Assembly: GCA_029245795.1 (NCBI GenBank)
Contig: JAQWOP010000014.1
Span: forward strand, 4,062 to 68,061
Length of the DNA: 64,000 bases
Origin: Hyphomicrobiales bacterium
Lineage (GTDB): Bacteria; Pseudomonadota; Alphaproteobacteria; Rhizobiales; TMED25
Reading direction: 5' to 3'
The translations under genes and the position numbers were made by a program. Numbering within the stretch: position 1 is the stretch's first letter; every line of letters begins with the position of its first letter. Under the pieces are notes generated by a model that was given only the letters and a program-made list of their open reading frames with translations, made no database searches and was not told where the DNA came from. Shown piece after piece: positions 9,275 through 18,805 of this stretch.

Positions 9275-9778
9275 ATGAAATATCTTAAAGATAGAGTTGA
9301 TAATTTCTTTAAATGGGTTAAAGGAACAGAACTTGCAATTATAGAAGAAATAGATGTAAGTGAAGACCCAATAAGACCTCACTTAGATTTAGATTTTAGA
9401 AGAAGTCATGGTCGCCAAATATATGGGCTTGAATATGATGGCAACATTGAAGGTATTGTCTGCATTGCCTTCACTAATGAAATTCCTCATACTGAAAAAG
9501 AATTAGAACTTATGAGCAAGAATTCCTTTTTAGAAAAAAATTCAAGCATAATGATCCCATATACTGTGTGGTCAAGAAAAAGAGGGGCAGGAAAAGAAAT
9601 TATGAAGAAAGCTATTGAACATGCAACAAAGAATATGAGTCAAATTGAAAGAATAGTAACACTGTCTCCTTTAACTCCCATGGCAACTCATTACCATATT
9701 AGAAATGGAGCCGAATTGATCAGTATCAATTCTGATACACAAAACTTTGAATATAAAATCAATAAGAAAAAAACGTAA
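9275..9778 (+). CDS. Hypothetical protein, possibly GNAT-fold
   Basis: SRKRGAGKEIMKKAIEHA resembles the GNAT R/Q-x-x-G-x-G/A CoA-binding loop. TLSPL...HYHIRNGAE faintly recalls the malonyl-CoA decarboxylase catalytic domain. Weak, by eye only. Confidence 0.4.
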   Translation: MKYLKDRVDNFFKWVKGTELAIIEEIDVSEDPIRPHLDLDFRRSHGRQIYGLEYDGNIEGIVCIAFTNEIPHTEKELELMSKNSFLEKNSSIMIPYTVWSRKRGAGKEIMKKAIEHATKNMSQIERIVTLSPLTPMATHYHIRNGAELISINSDTQNFEYKINKKKT

Positions 9779-9836
9779 AAATCAGTATAATGATTAAAAC
9801 TCTAATGAAAATTCAAAACCATTTCTATTATCTATA

Positions 9837-10610
9837 CTAATAAAATCCCATAGTACCTATAGCAGATGCAATTAGACGCACGCCAATCAAGAGGAAGAGA
9901 ATTAATAAACCTCTTTTGAAGGTTTCAGTGTCTATCTTCTGTCTTATAAACCTACCAATCTTCATACCAATGACCGCAGAGACTGCGCAAAATATTGCAA
10001 TTGGTACCATGTCTAGTGTAAATACATCGGTATAATAATAACCTACGGTTGCAGGAATAACTGCAATTAAGAAAAGAAACCCGGTGGTATCAACAAACTC
10101 TTGAGGAGTTGCCTTCCTCAAGATAAGATAGATGATAATCGGTACCCCCCAAATTGATGTCAAACCACCAAGAATACCAGCAAGTGAACCCATTCCTATC
10201 TGCCAATATTTATCAAATCTAATATCCAACGACCATGACTTCCTGAAAAGGTTGTCTAGTGAAAAAAGAATCACCATTATACCAATTAATAATTTAACTA
10301 AATCATCACCTAGGGATGCAGCTTGAAATGAAGTTATAATAATTCCTATAACCAAAAATATTCCAAATATTTTATACTTTTTAGCAGTATTTATAGGACT
10401 TTTAGCTAAAAGAAATTGCTGAAGATTAGCTATAATCACAGGTATCATATTTAATCCAATTGCTTGTAGAGGAGATATGAAGAATGTCAGTAAGGCTATA
10501 GATGTAAGAGGCAATCCAATTCCAGTGATTCCTTTTACAACTCCAGAGATAATAAAAATGAAAATGAAAATCGCATAGAGTAGATAAAGATCAATATTAA
10601 CATCAAACAT
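9837..10610 (-). CDS. TauE/SafE-family (sulfite-exporter-like, DUF81) membrane permease
   Basis: 257 aa with about 7-8 TM segments. Gly-rich repeats GVVKGITGIGLPL and GILGGLTSIWGVP are typical of the family. The start overlaps the cbtA stop by 8 nt. Confidence 0.8.
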   Translation of the reverse strand: MFDVNIDLYLLYAIFIFIFIISGVVKGITGIGLPLTSIALLTFFISPLQAIGLNMIPVIIANLQQFLLAKSPINTAKKYKIFGIFLVIGIIITSFQAASLGDDLVKLLIGIMVILFSLDNLFRKSWSLDIRFDKYWQIGMGSLAGILGGLTSIWGVPIIIYLILRKATPQEFVDTTGFLFLIAVIPATVGYYYTDVFTLDMVPIAIFCAVSAVIGMKIGRFIRQKIDTETFKRGLLILFLLIGVRLIASAIGTMGFY

Positions 10611-11310
10611 TATAAGAAACTTTTCTATTCATTATAAAGTTGATTGTTATTGCAATTGTGAACCACATTATAAGATTTGAGAAAAACGTATAATAAATAA
10701 ATTTATAATGTAATGAATTCGAAACTTCCATAGAGATATTGTCATTAAGAATTAAAATTAATGTTAAAGGTAGGAAAACTAACACAAGACCAATCAGCCT
10801 CTTAATATTAGAAGAATTTATATATATAACAATAAACCCTATTAAAGATAAAAATACTATAGATAACCAAATGAGCTGGCGTTCATATAAACCCTGAGTA
10901 TATTGTGCACCGGGTAGTTGGGGTATAAGAGCTATAGATGGTAATAAATAAAAGCATATAAAACCAACTAATCCAATTGCCATGGCACTCTTTAATCTAA
11001 TATTTATTTTTAATAAATTCGTTAGCCCTATTATTACGAATGCATAACCGAACGTAATACATATGTTTACCATCAGTGTAATAAAGTTTCTCTGTTGAAA
11101 ATATTTAAGCACAGCTTGATTGTCTATATGTTCATGACTTGCATCATCTAGATGTCCCATTACATGCGCATCTATTTGTATGTTACCCGATGTCTCCAAT
11201 AATTCTGCTTCATGAATAATTGGATATAAAACGAATATACTTATAATAGATATTATTAAACCAGCAATAACACCTGTCAAAATAGGCGGGTAGATATACT
11301 TATTAAACAT
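10603..11310 (-). CDS. cbtA: Putative cobalt transporter subunit CbtA
   Basis: N-terminal TM followed by YPIIHEAELLE and a His-rich loop (HVMGHLDDASHEHID), then multiple TMs. It sits directly after cbtB and behind a B12 riboswitch. Confidence 0.75.
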   Translation of the reverse strand: MFNKYIYPPILTGVIAGLIISIISIFVLYPIIHEAELLETSGNIQIDAHVMGHLDDASHEHIDNQAVLKYFQQRNFITLMVNICITFGYAFVIIGLTNLLKINIRLKSAMAIGLVGFICFYLLPSIALIPQLPGAQYTQGLYERQLIWLSIVFLSLIGFIVIYINSSNIKRLIGLVLVFLPLTLILILNDNISMEVSNSLHYKFIYYTFFSNLIMWFTIAITINFIMNRKVSYNV

Positions 11311-11322
11311 GATTTTTGCTAT

Positions 11323-11505
11323 CTAGTGACAAGGAAAAGTCATTGCGTGTCTGACATCGTGAGCTGCATTATGTATAAAATCAGGAGATGCTAAACCAAA
11401 AACAATAACTAAAGAGATCCCCAATACAACTGCCATTACAGATGAAAAGATATCAGCATCCTTTAAAAGAAAATAATTTATTTTATCGACTACTTTTATT
11501 CTCAT
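11323..11505 (-). CDS. cbtB: Putative cobalt transporter subunit CbtB
   Basis: 60 aa with one TM. The C-terminus HNAAHDVRHAMTFPCH matches the characteristic CbtB HDxRH...FPCH ending. GGAGGG RBS present. Confidence 0.8.
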   Translation of the reverse strand: MRIKVVDKINYFLLKDADIFSSVMAVVLGISLVIVFGLASPDFIHNAAHDVRHAMTFPCH

Positions 11506-11540
11506 ATCACCCTCCGTGAAAATTTTTAATAGATTAAGTT

Positions 11541-11644
11541 ATTAAATGGTATCTGGCTCTAAATACTAAAGTATTCATTACAGTTGCGGGGGCAGCCTCG
11601 GATTCAAACCGTGTTCCCACTTGATTAACAATCAAGGATTTAAT
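11541..11644 (-). promoter_or_regulatory. Cobalamin riboswitch, compact (about 104 nt) form
   Basis: Minus-strand read: ATTAAAT-CCTTGATTGTTAATCAAG-TGGGAACACGGTTTGAATCCGAGGCTGCCCCCGCAACTGTAATG..AGAGCCAGATACC-ATTTAAT. It carries the conserved GGGAA, GGT..GAATCC and GCCCCCGC-ACTGT core and a B12-box-like AGCCAGATACC. It is closed by a 7-bp P1 (ATTAAAT/ATTTAAT) and lies immediately upstream of cbtB. Confidence 0.8.
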
Positions 11645-11685
11645 TAGATATGAATAGTATTAATTGTCAATATGAATATATAAAT

Positions 11686-12885
11686 TTATTCGCTTGTCCA
11701 ACTATAGAATGCAATAACTGTTGATATAAGGATTATTGAAGCTACAGCTATTAAGCTAAAGATAGAGCCATATATAGTCATTACCCAACCAGAAAAAGGA
11801 TACATAACTAGCCAACATGCATGACTAAGAGAAAATTGGGCTGCGTATAATTGTGTAAAGTCAGAACCATCAGAGGACTTTCTAATAATCCTACCTATAG
11901 GTGTTAGAACCGATGAATAACCAATACCTGTAGTAATCCAGATGATAATAAGTGCTGACCAACTAATCCCAAATAACTTGATCCATATCGCTAAAATATA
12001 GAATGAAAGTAACATAATGACACATCCACTTATCATTAATTTTTTATCTGTAAAACTCTCCAATAGTCTAGGTAAATATAAAGCTGCAAGCATTGATCCT
12101 AATCCAAAAGCAAACATAGTGATTGGAAATGCTATTTCATCAAGAGAAAGATCCGATCTGACAAAAATTATTGTATTTACAATTATCATAGAGCCACCAG
12201 ATGCTATGGCAATATTTAAGAAAATAAGACCTTTTAATCTTGAATATATCCAAAATTTTTGAATTCCATGAGTAATATTTTGTAAAACATTTTGATCTTT
12301 TGTAGGTATAAATTTTGGTAAAATTATCGAAATAACTAACACCGCAGATCCAAGGAAGCCAAACATTGTACCTAAAAATAAAATATTGTATGAGTATACC
12401 ATCAGTATTAATCCAGCAACTCCAGCGCTAATAATATTTTCAAGATCATATGCAATCCTTGATAATGATAAAGCCTGTGTATATTCATGTTCATCTGGAA
12501 GGATTTCTGGAATAGTTGCTTGATATATTGGGGTAAACGCAGCTGATGCGACCTGTAAAAGAAGTATAACTAGATATATTTGCCAAATTTCTCTTACAAA
12601 AACTAAAGATAGAGCCGCTGAAGCTCTAATCATATCTAATATAACTAAATATATTCTTCGATTAAATTTATTTATAATCGCTCCAGAAATTGGCGAGACA
12701 ATAACATATGCCAGCATTTTAATAGTAAAAATACCACTGAGTAATAAAGCTGCATTTTGACCAGTTAAATCAAATGCTAACAAAGCAAGAGCTATTGAGG
12801 CTAAACCTGTACCATGCAGCGCCAGTATTTGAGCAAAAAAAAGATGTCTAAATCTTTTATCTTTTAGAATTGATAGCATTTGCAC
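11686..12885 (-). CDS. MFS transporter
   Basis: 399 aa with about 12 TM segments. N-terminal FRHLFFAQILALHGTGL is typical of the enterobactin-exporter-like MFS_3 group. Confidence 0.8.
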   Translation of the reverse strand: MQMLSILKDKRFRHLFFAQILALHGTGLASIALALLAFDLTGQNAALLLSGIFTIKMLAYVIVSPISGAIINKFNRRIYLVILDMIRASAALSLVFVREIWQIYLVILLLQVASAAFTPIYQATIPEILPDEHEYTQALSLSRIAYDLENIISAGVAGLILMVYSYNILFLGTMFGFLGSAVLVISIILPKFIPTKDQNVLQNITHGIQKFWIYSRLKGLIFLNIAIASGGSMIIVNTIIFVRSDLSLDEIAFPITMFAFGLGSMLAALYLPRLLESFTDKKLMISGCVIMLLSFYILAIWIKLFGISWSALIIIWITTGIGYSSVLTPIGRIIRKSSDGSDFTQLYAAQFSLSHACWLVMYPFSGWVMTIYGSIFSLIAVASIILISTVIAFYSWTSE

Positions 12886-12965
12886 TATTTCTAGTCTAAT
12901 TAGAATTTTTTTATATTAAAATATTTACAGCTAATAGATAAAAATGCAAATTAATTTGATAGATT

Positions 12966-13042
<77 letters not shown>

Positions 13043-13103
13043 TCAAAGTGAATTCTTAGATAACACTAACTTAATCAAAACGTCAAGAAGCAAAAAATTA
13101 AAT

Positions 13104-14057
13104 TTATTTTTGCTCTGTCTCAAGACCTGTTGGTATAGGAACATTTTCTGGTTCTAAGGATATCCCAGCACCGTCCGCAACAGACTCTAATAACATACCA
13201 AAATCTTTTTCTAGATTATCTTTTGATATTTTCTCAACTCTTCCAGCATGCTGCTGTACGACCTGCCTTGTGGCAGCTGTAACTGGCATTGGGACACCTA
13301 ATTCCTTAGCTGATTGCAGTCCTAAATCTAAATCCTTTAATAAAAGTGGAGTTGTAAATGTTGTAGTCCAATCAAGATTGGTAAAAGCATTCGATTTATA
13401 TTTTGTAAAAATTGATCCCATAACTGAGTTGTTCATAAAGTTTAAGAATGCGTGCCTCGGTACACCAGCTTTCTGCGCTAGTATAGTTATTTCCGCGAGA
13501 TTTTGTATTACAACACCTAACATTACGTTATGAGCAATCTTACAGAACCTTGCAAGATCACCATCACCAACATAGGCAACGCCTCTTGGAGCAATTGTCT
13601 CAAGATATGGTTTTACAGTATTAAAAATATCTTCAGGGCCTGAGGCAACGATTGATAAAACACCTGCTTTTACAGCCTTACCATTACCGCTAACAGGACA
13701 AGATATATACGCAACACCCCTCTCTTGTAATTTTTCTCTTATTTCATTAGAATCTTCAGATGATATTGATGAGCAATCTACAAATATTTGTGACTTTTTT
13801 GAACCTTTGGAGAGAACTCCGGCATCACCAAAATATACCTGCTTAAGGTCTTTCCCCGTTGATACCATAGTAAATAAAACATCCACATCATATAATTCAT
13901 CTAGGTTTGTGACAACACCAGCTCCATATTCAGACAATGGATCTGCCTTAGCTTTTGTTCTATTCCAAACACTAATATCTTGACCATCTTTAGCTAAACG
14001 ACTTGCCATGGGATATCCCATCCTACCCGTTCCTACCCATCCAATTTTATGACTCAT
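13104..14057 (-). CDS. NAD(P)-dependent oxidoreductase, 3-hydroxyisobutyrate dehydrogenase family
   Basis: IGWVGTGRMGYPMASRL Rossmann motif, with the internal SGNGKAVKAG and KIAHNVM segments typical of HIBADH / tartronate semialdehyde reductase enzymes. Confidence 0.85.
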   Translation of the reverse strand: MSHKIGWVGTGRMGYPMASRLAKDGQDISVWNRTKAKADPLSEYGAGVVTNLDELYDVDVLFTMVSTGKDLKQVYFGDAGVLSKGSKKSQIFVDCSSISSEDSNEIREKLQERGVAYISCPVSGNGKAVKAGVLSIVASGPEDIFNTVKPYLETIAPRGVAYVGDGDLARFCKIAHNVMLGVVIQNLAEITILAQKAGVPRHAFLNFMNNSVMGSIFTKYKSNAFTNLDWTTTFTTPLLLKDLDLGLQSAKELGVPMPVTAATRQVVQQHAGRVEKISKDNLEKDFGMLLESVADGAGISLEPENVPIPTGLETEQK

Positions 14058-14074
14058 TTTAAACTTCTCCTTTT

Positions 14075-15415
14075 TTAAATCTCACTTTGCCAATCATATT
14101 GTTCAATTATTTTACTAACTTCTTTTAAGAAGCTAGCAGCATAAGCACCATCAAAAGCCCTATGATCAAAACTTTGTCCTAGTACGCCTATTTTTCTTAT
14201 TCCAATTGTATCTCCTGTTTCATCTTCAATAATCACTGGTTTTTTATTTATTCCATCGAAAGACATTATGGCCACCTGAGGTGGGTTTACAATTGGCGCT
14301 GTCATATATGTTCCCATACTACCATTATTTGATATTGTATATGTTCCACCAAAGTACTCCTCTTGGGATAATTTATTAGTTTGTGCTCTGAGCACAAGAT
14401 CGTTTATTTTATCATTCAACTCCAAAAGATTATTTTTTTCAGCATTCTTTATCACAGGTACAATAAGTCCCTTAAAGTTTAGGTCAACAGCTATTGCCAA
14501 ATTTACTGATGAAGATAAAAGTAATTCTTTCTCATTAAAACACGCATTAACAAGTGGAAAATTATTTATAGCGATTGTGATTGCCCTTGAGACAAATGAT
14601 AAATATGAAATTTTAAAATTTATATCTGCATTCTTTTCCTTTAAAATAGCTCTTACTTTATCAAGATTGCTAAAATTTACTTCAACGGCTTGGTATGCCT
14701 GAGGAATTTGGGGCCAGCTTTGCGATAATCTTTGTCCTGTTGTTCTTCTGATTCTATTCAATGTAACTTTATCGTCATAAACGGAGGTATCATACTTAAC
14801 TTTGTTATCTTGAACATTCGAAGGAGTAGATTGCAATGAGATAAATTCATCAATCGCTTTCCTATTTACCCTTCTCTTTTTATGGTTCTTAAAATAATCA
14901 ACTAATTGATCTAAATTAAGTCTTTCATTTGCAGCGATCCTCTTAGCTAAAGGAGTTAATTTGATGTCAATGTCACCTATAAATTGAACATAATTCTCTT
15001 TTGGTGTTAGTACTTCATTCAAATATGTAAACCAATCTGGAGAATCAGTATCAACATTTTGGTGAATATCTTGCTGGCTTGCTATTATAGATTCCTTTGA
15101 GGATTTACTCAAAGTCAATTCTTCTTTTTGTATGTTAATCTCTGTATTTTCTGATTTTTTTTCTTCTAAATCCTCTTCTTCATTTTCTCTTAAAATAGAG
15201 GCTACAACTGCACCAACGGATGAAGTTTCGCCTTCCTTTATATGAATCTTCGATATCTTTCCATCAGATATCGCTGGAATTTCCATGGAAGTTTTATCTG
15301 TTTCAATCTCAAAAAGAACTTCTCCTTTCTTAACTAGATCTCCAACTTTTTTATGCCACTTTGAGATCGTTCCCTCGGTCACAGTTTCTCCAAGTTGTGG
15401 CATTAATATTTTCAT
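14075..15415 (-). CDS. Dihydrolipoamide acyltransferase (E2) of a 2-oxoacid dehydrogenase complex
   Basis: N-terminal lipoyl domain (EIETDKTSMEIPA), a peripheral subunit-binding domain (TPLAKRIAANERLNLDQL) and a catalytic domain with FDHRAFDG. Confidence 0.9.
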   Translation of the reverse strand: MKILMPQLGETVTEGTISKWHKKVGDLVKKGEVLFEIETDKTSMEIPAISDGKISKIHIKEGETSSVGAVVASILRENEEEDLEEKKSENTEINIQKEELTLSKSSKESIIASQQDIHQNVDTDSPDWFTYLNEVLTPKENYVQFIGDIDIKLTPLAKRIAANERLNLDQLVDYFKNHKKRRVNRKAIDEFISLQSTPSNVQDNKVKYDTSVYDDKVTLNRIRRTTGQRLSQSWPQIPQAYQAVEVNFSNLDKVRAILKEKNADINFKISYLSFVSRAITIAINNFPLVNACFNEKELLLSSSVNLAIAVDLNFKGLIVPVIKNAEKNNLLELNDKINDLVLRAQTNKLSQEEYFGGTYTISNNGSMGTYMTAPIVNPPQVAIMSFDGINKKPVIIEDETGDTIGIRKIGVLGQSFDHRAFDGAYAASFLKEVSKIIEQYDWQSEI

Positions 15416-15428
15416 AGATAAAACCTAA

Positions 15429-16412
15429 CTAGTTTAAAACTTCTAAAATCTTATTAAATATTCTATCAACAGATGGGATAGCAATATCTTCAAGATTATC
15501 TGCGGCAGGTAATGGTATATGAGGAGTTGTAATTCTCACAGCTGGTCCATCTAAATCCCAAAATAATTCATCGACAATTATTGATACTATTTCAGCTCCC
15601 CAGCCACATAATCTTGGATTTTCTTCAACTGTAAATATTCGGCCTGTTTTTACAACAGAGCTTGATATAGTTTTCATATCCAAAGGAACTAGTGTCCTTA
15701 CATCAATAACCTCTATATCAATTCCATGTTCAGCCATTAATTTATCTGCCGCAGCAACAGCTCTTGGAACCATAAGGGCTAATGCTAAAACTGTTGCATC
15801 TTTTCCTTTTCGAACAACTTTTGCAGTTCCTAATGTATCTACATGTTCGCCATCAGGAACTTCTCCCTTTATAGCATAAAGTGACTTATGCTCGAAAAAA
15901 ATAACTGGATCATTATCTCTAATTGATGCCGCAAGTAATCCTTTCACATCTGCTGGAGTGGAAGGAGCAACAACCTTTATACCTGGTATTGCCATTGCCC
16001 AATTTTCAATGGATTGAGAATGCTGAGCACCAAATCTTGAACCACCACCATTTCCTGTTCTAACAACAAGTGGGCACTTTAATTGACCATCCGACATATA
16101 CCGAGACTTAGACATTTCATTAGCAACAAAATCCCAACACACAGCTAAAAAATCAGAAAACATTATTTCTGCAATAGGTCTCATCCCAGTCATAGCTGCC
16201 CCCATGGCTGCCCCTAAGATAGCTTGCTCAGAAATCGGAGTATCTATGACTCTCCTAGGCCCAAATTTATCGTATAGACCAACTGTAGCTTTGAAGACCC
16301 CGCCTGCCTTTGCAACATCTTCGCCTATAAATGCAACTGTTTCATCTCTTTCCATTTCTTGAGCGATAGCTGCAGCAACAGCCTCTCTATATGTTAATTG
16401 CGCCATGCCCAT
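15429..16412 (-). CDS. 2-oxoacid (pyruvate/acetoin-type) dehydrogenase E1 beta subunit
   Basis: LTYREAVAAAIAQEMERDETVAFIGEDV and the transketolase-like Pyr and C-terminal domains. It overlaps the E1 alpha stop. Confidence 0.92.
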   Translation of the reverse strand: MGMAQLTYREAVAAAIAQEMERDETVAFIGEDVAKAGGVFKATVGLYDKFGPRRVIDTPISEQAILGAAMGAAMTGMRPIAEIMFSDFLAVCWDFVANEMSKSRYMSDGQLKCPLVVRTGNGGGSRFGAQHSQSIENWAMAIPGIKVVAPSTPADVKGLLAASIRDNDPVIFFEHKSLYAIKGEVPDGEHVDTLGTAKVVRKGKDATVLALALMVPRAVAAADKLMAEHGIDIEVIDVRTLVPLDMKTISSSVVKTGRIFTVEENPRLCGWGAEIVSIIVDELFWDLDGPAVRITTPHIPLPAADNLEDIAIPSVDRIFNKILEVLN

Positions 16413-17407
16413 CCCCCATTATCATATACGTTTGTAGTTAGAATACTTTCAGGTGGAATTGGAGAATTTTTAGCTTCTTCTGTGGCTTTATCAACCTGTA
16501 TTTTTACATTATTTTCAATATCATCAATAACATTTTGTGTTATTCCAAATTCCAGAAGTCTTTCACGATATCTAATTATTGGGTCATTATTTTTTTTCCA
16601 ATGGTCAAGCTCACCATTAGGCCTGTACGAACCAGGGTCTGCCCTACTATGACCTGATTGCCTGTAAGTTTTACACTCAATTAATGATGGGCCATCACCA
16701 GCTCTTGCTTTTGAATACGCTTTTTGAGCTGTTCTAAATACTTCATCCGCATCATTGCCATCTATAATTATACTCTCAAGCCCATATGCAGATGCTCGAT
16801 CAGCAGCAGGATTCTTAACAGCAGTAATTGACTCAATTGGAGTATACTCCATGTAATTATTATTTTCACATACAAATACTACTGGCAATTTATATACGAC
16901 AGCATAATTAAGCGCCTCATGAAATGCACCAATATTTGTAGTTCCATCCCCAAAAAATACTGTAGAAACATCATCATGACCAAGGTACTGAGCTCTCCAT
17001 GCTGAACCCACGGCCATTGGCAGATGTGCGCCAATAATAGCATAAGAACCCATGACACCTTTGCTTGTATCAGTTAAATGCATTGAACCACCCTTACCAC
17101 GCATAAGTCCACAATCCCTTTGCATCAACTCACCTATAACACCAACAACTGAAGCCCCTCTTGCAAGAGTATGGGCGTGTCCTCTATAAGTACAAAAGCT
17201 CTTATCATTTTTCTGCATTGCGCATGCAAATCCCGCAGCTATTGCCTCCTGGCCTAGTGACAAATGACTTGTACCTTTTACAAGATTTTCTAAGAATAGA
17301 TCATATGCCCTTTGCTCAGAAAATCTAATAAGATATTGGGTATTGTATAATTCCAATCTTTTTTTATCATCTAGATCGTCATTTTTTATTTTTTTATTTT
17401 TAACCAT
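16394..17407 (-). CDS. 2-oxoacid (pyruvate/acetoin-type) dehydrogenase E1 alpha subunit (ThDP-dependent)
   Basis: HLSLGQEAIAAGF, YRGHAH, and the GDG...N ThDP motif (FFGDGTTNIGAFHEALN...ENNNY). Confidence 0.92.
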   Translation of the reverse strand: MVKNKKIKNDDLDDKKRLELYNTQYLIRFSEQRAYDLFLENLVKGTSHLSLGQEAIAAGFACAMQKNDKSFCTYRGHAHTLARGASVVGVIGELMQRDCGLMRGKGGSMHLTDTSKGVMGSYAIIGAHLPMAVGSAWRAQYLGHDDVSTVFFGDGTTNIGAFHEALNYAVVYKLPVVFVCENNNYMEYTPIESITAVKNPAADRASAYGLESIIIDGNDADEVFRTAQKAYSKARAGDGPSLIECKTYRQSGHSRADPGSYRPNGELDHWKKNNDPIIRYRERLLEFGITQNVIDDIENNVKIQVDKATEEAKNSPIPPESILTTNVYDNGGWAWRN

Positions 17408-17421
17408 GTTACTTCCGTAGA

Positions 17422-18726
17422 TTAGTATTTGTTTGCTATTGGTAAATCTTCAGCAGGGAATAAAGAAATAACCTTACAACCCTTATCTGTAACAACAACT
17501 TCCTCTTCAATTCTAGCTGCAGAAACACCGTCCTTGGCTGGGCAATATGTCTCAAGTGCAAATACCATCCCAGTTTTAATTTCCATAGGATTTTCTAATG
17601 ATACCAACCTTGATATAATTGGCCTTTCATGAAGAGCTAAACCGAGTCCATGCCCAAACTGCAAACCAAATGCTTGCATTTCATCACTAAATCCAAATTC
17701 TTCAGCTTTTGGCCATACTTTTGCTACTGTATCTGTTGAAACACCTGGTTTAATAAGTTCTATTGCCTTATCTAACCATTCACGGCATTGAATATAGGCA
17801 TCATTTTGCTCAGAAGTTGCTACTCCAACATTAAATGTACGATAATAGCAAGTTCTATAGCCCTGATAAGATTGAAGAATATCGAAGAAGGCTTGGTCTC
17901 CTGGTCTAAACATTCTATCAGTAAAGTTATGTGGATGCGGACTACATCTTTCACCTGATATTGCATTAATTGCCTCTACGTCATCTGAACCCATTTCGTA
18001 TAACATCTGATTTGCAAGGGCAACAATTTCATTTTCTCTAACACCTGGCTTTAATTCTTCCCATATCATATGATATACACCATCTACCATAGTTGCTGCT
18101 TGGTTTAATAAGGTGATTTCATCAATATTTTTGATTTCACGAGCGTCTAACATAACTTGCTGACCATCTACGATATTTAAACCTGCTTTTTGAAGTTCAA
18201 AGAACATGGCTGTCTCTGCAATATCCAATCCAATTGGCATATCAGCAACACCCGCTTCCTTGAGATAACTCATAATTTCTTCAGCATGAGATTTCATTAA
18301 ACCAACCGAAGGGGGAACAGTACCTCTCATACCCGTCATACCAGCAAGACATCTATTCGGGTCAAGCCAATCACAGTTTTGCTGATGATGGACCGCTGCT
18401 GAACCAAAATCCCATACAAATGGCTCTTCATCACCCGCAAGAAGAGCAAACCTACAAAGTTTATCTCGTTCCCATTCTCCAATTTTTGTACCAGTTATAT
18501 ATCTTATGTTATTAACATCAAATAAAAGAAGTGCGCCAAGACCTGAATTCTTAAGAGCATTCTTTGATCTTGAAAGTCTATACTTTCTAAGTCTGTGAAA
18601 ATCTACCCTAGTTTCAAAATCAACCTGCTTGAATCCTGGAGAAGCAAGAGGTCGATCCCATCTCCAGTTTTGATTTGCGTCTTCTGGTCTTAAAATTCTT
18701 GGTGAAAAAACATTTTTATCATTCAT
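17422..18726 (-). CDS. M24-family (creatinase / Xaa-Pro peptidase fold) hydrolase with a creatinase-type N-domain
   Basis: Pita-bread core motifs PGDQAFFD...GYRTCYYRTF, GHGLGLALHE, FALETY and RIEEEVVVT. The N-terminal ~180 aa resemble Creatinase_N. Confidence 0.85.
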   Translation of the reverse strand: MNDKNVFSPRILRPEDANQNWRWDRPLASPGFKQVDFETRVDFHRLRKYRLSRSKNALKNSGLGALLLFDVNNIRYITGTKIGEWERDKLCRFALLAGDEEPFVWDFGSAAVHHQQNCDWLDPNRCLAGMTGMRGTVPPSVGLMKSHAEEIMSYLKEAGVADMPIGLDIAETAMFFELQKAGLNIVDGQQVMLDAREIKNIDEITLLNQAATMVDGVYHMIWEELKPGVRENEIVALANQMLYEMGSDDVEAINAISGERCSPHPHNFTDRMFRPGDQAFFDILQSYQGYRTCYYRTFNVGVATSEQNDAYIQCREWLDKAIELIKPGVSTDTVAKVWPKAEEFGFSDEMQAFGLQFGHGLGLALHERPIISRLVSLENPMEIKTGMVFALETYCPAKDGVSAARIEEEVVVTDKGCKVISLFPAEDLPIANKY

Positions 18727-18805
18727 AACGCTTTGCTTTCTTTTTGTTTTATCTTATCTGTATCTTAGTTAATTTATATACAAAATTATTTCAATACAAC
18801 CTAAA

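Noticed and set aside
17422-18726. Calling the M24 enzyme DddP (DMSP lyase), creatinase or ectoine hydrolase DoeA
   Set aside because: Only the fold and domain architecture are shared. The sequence does not resemble the DddP motifs I recall, and the context does not match the doe or creatine genes. I kept it as a generic M24 hydrolase.
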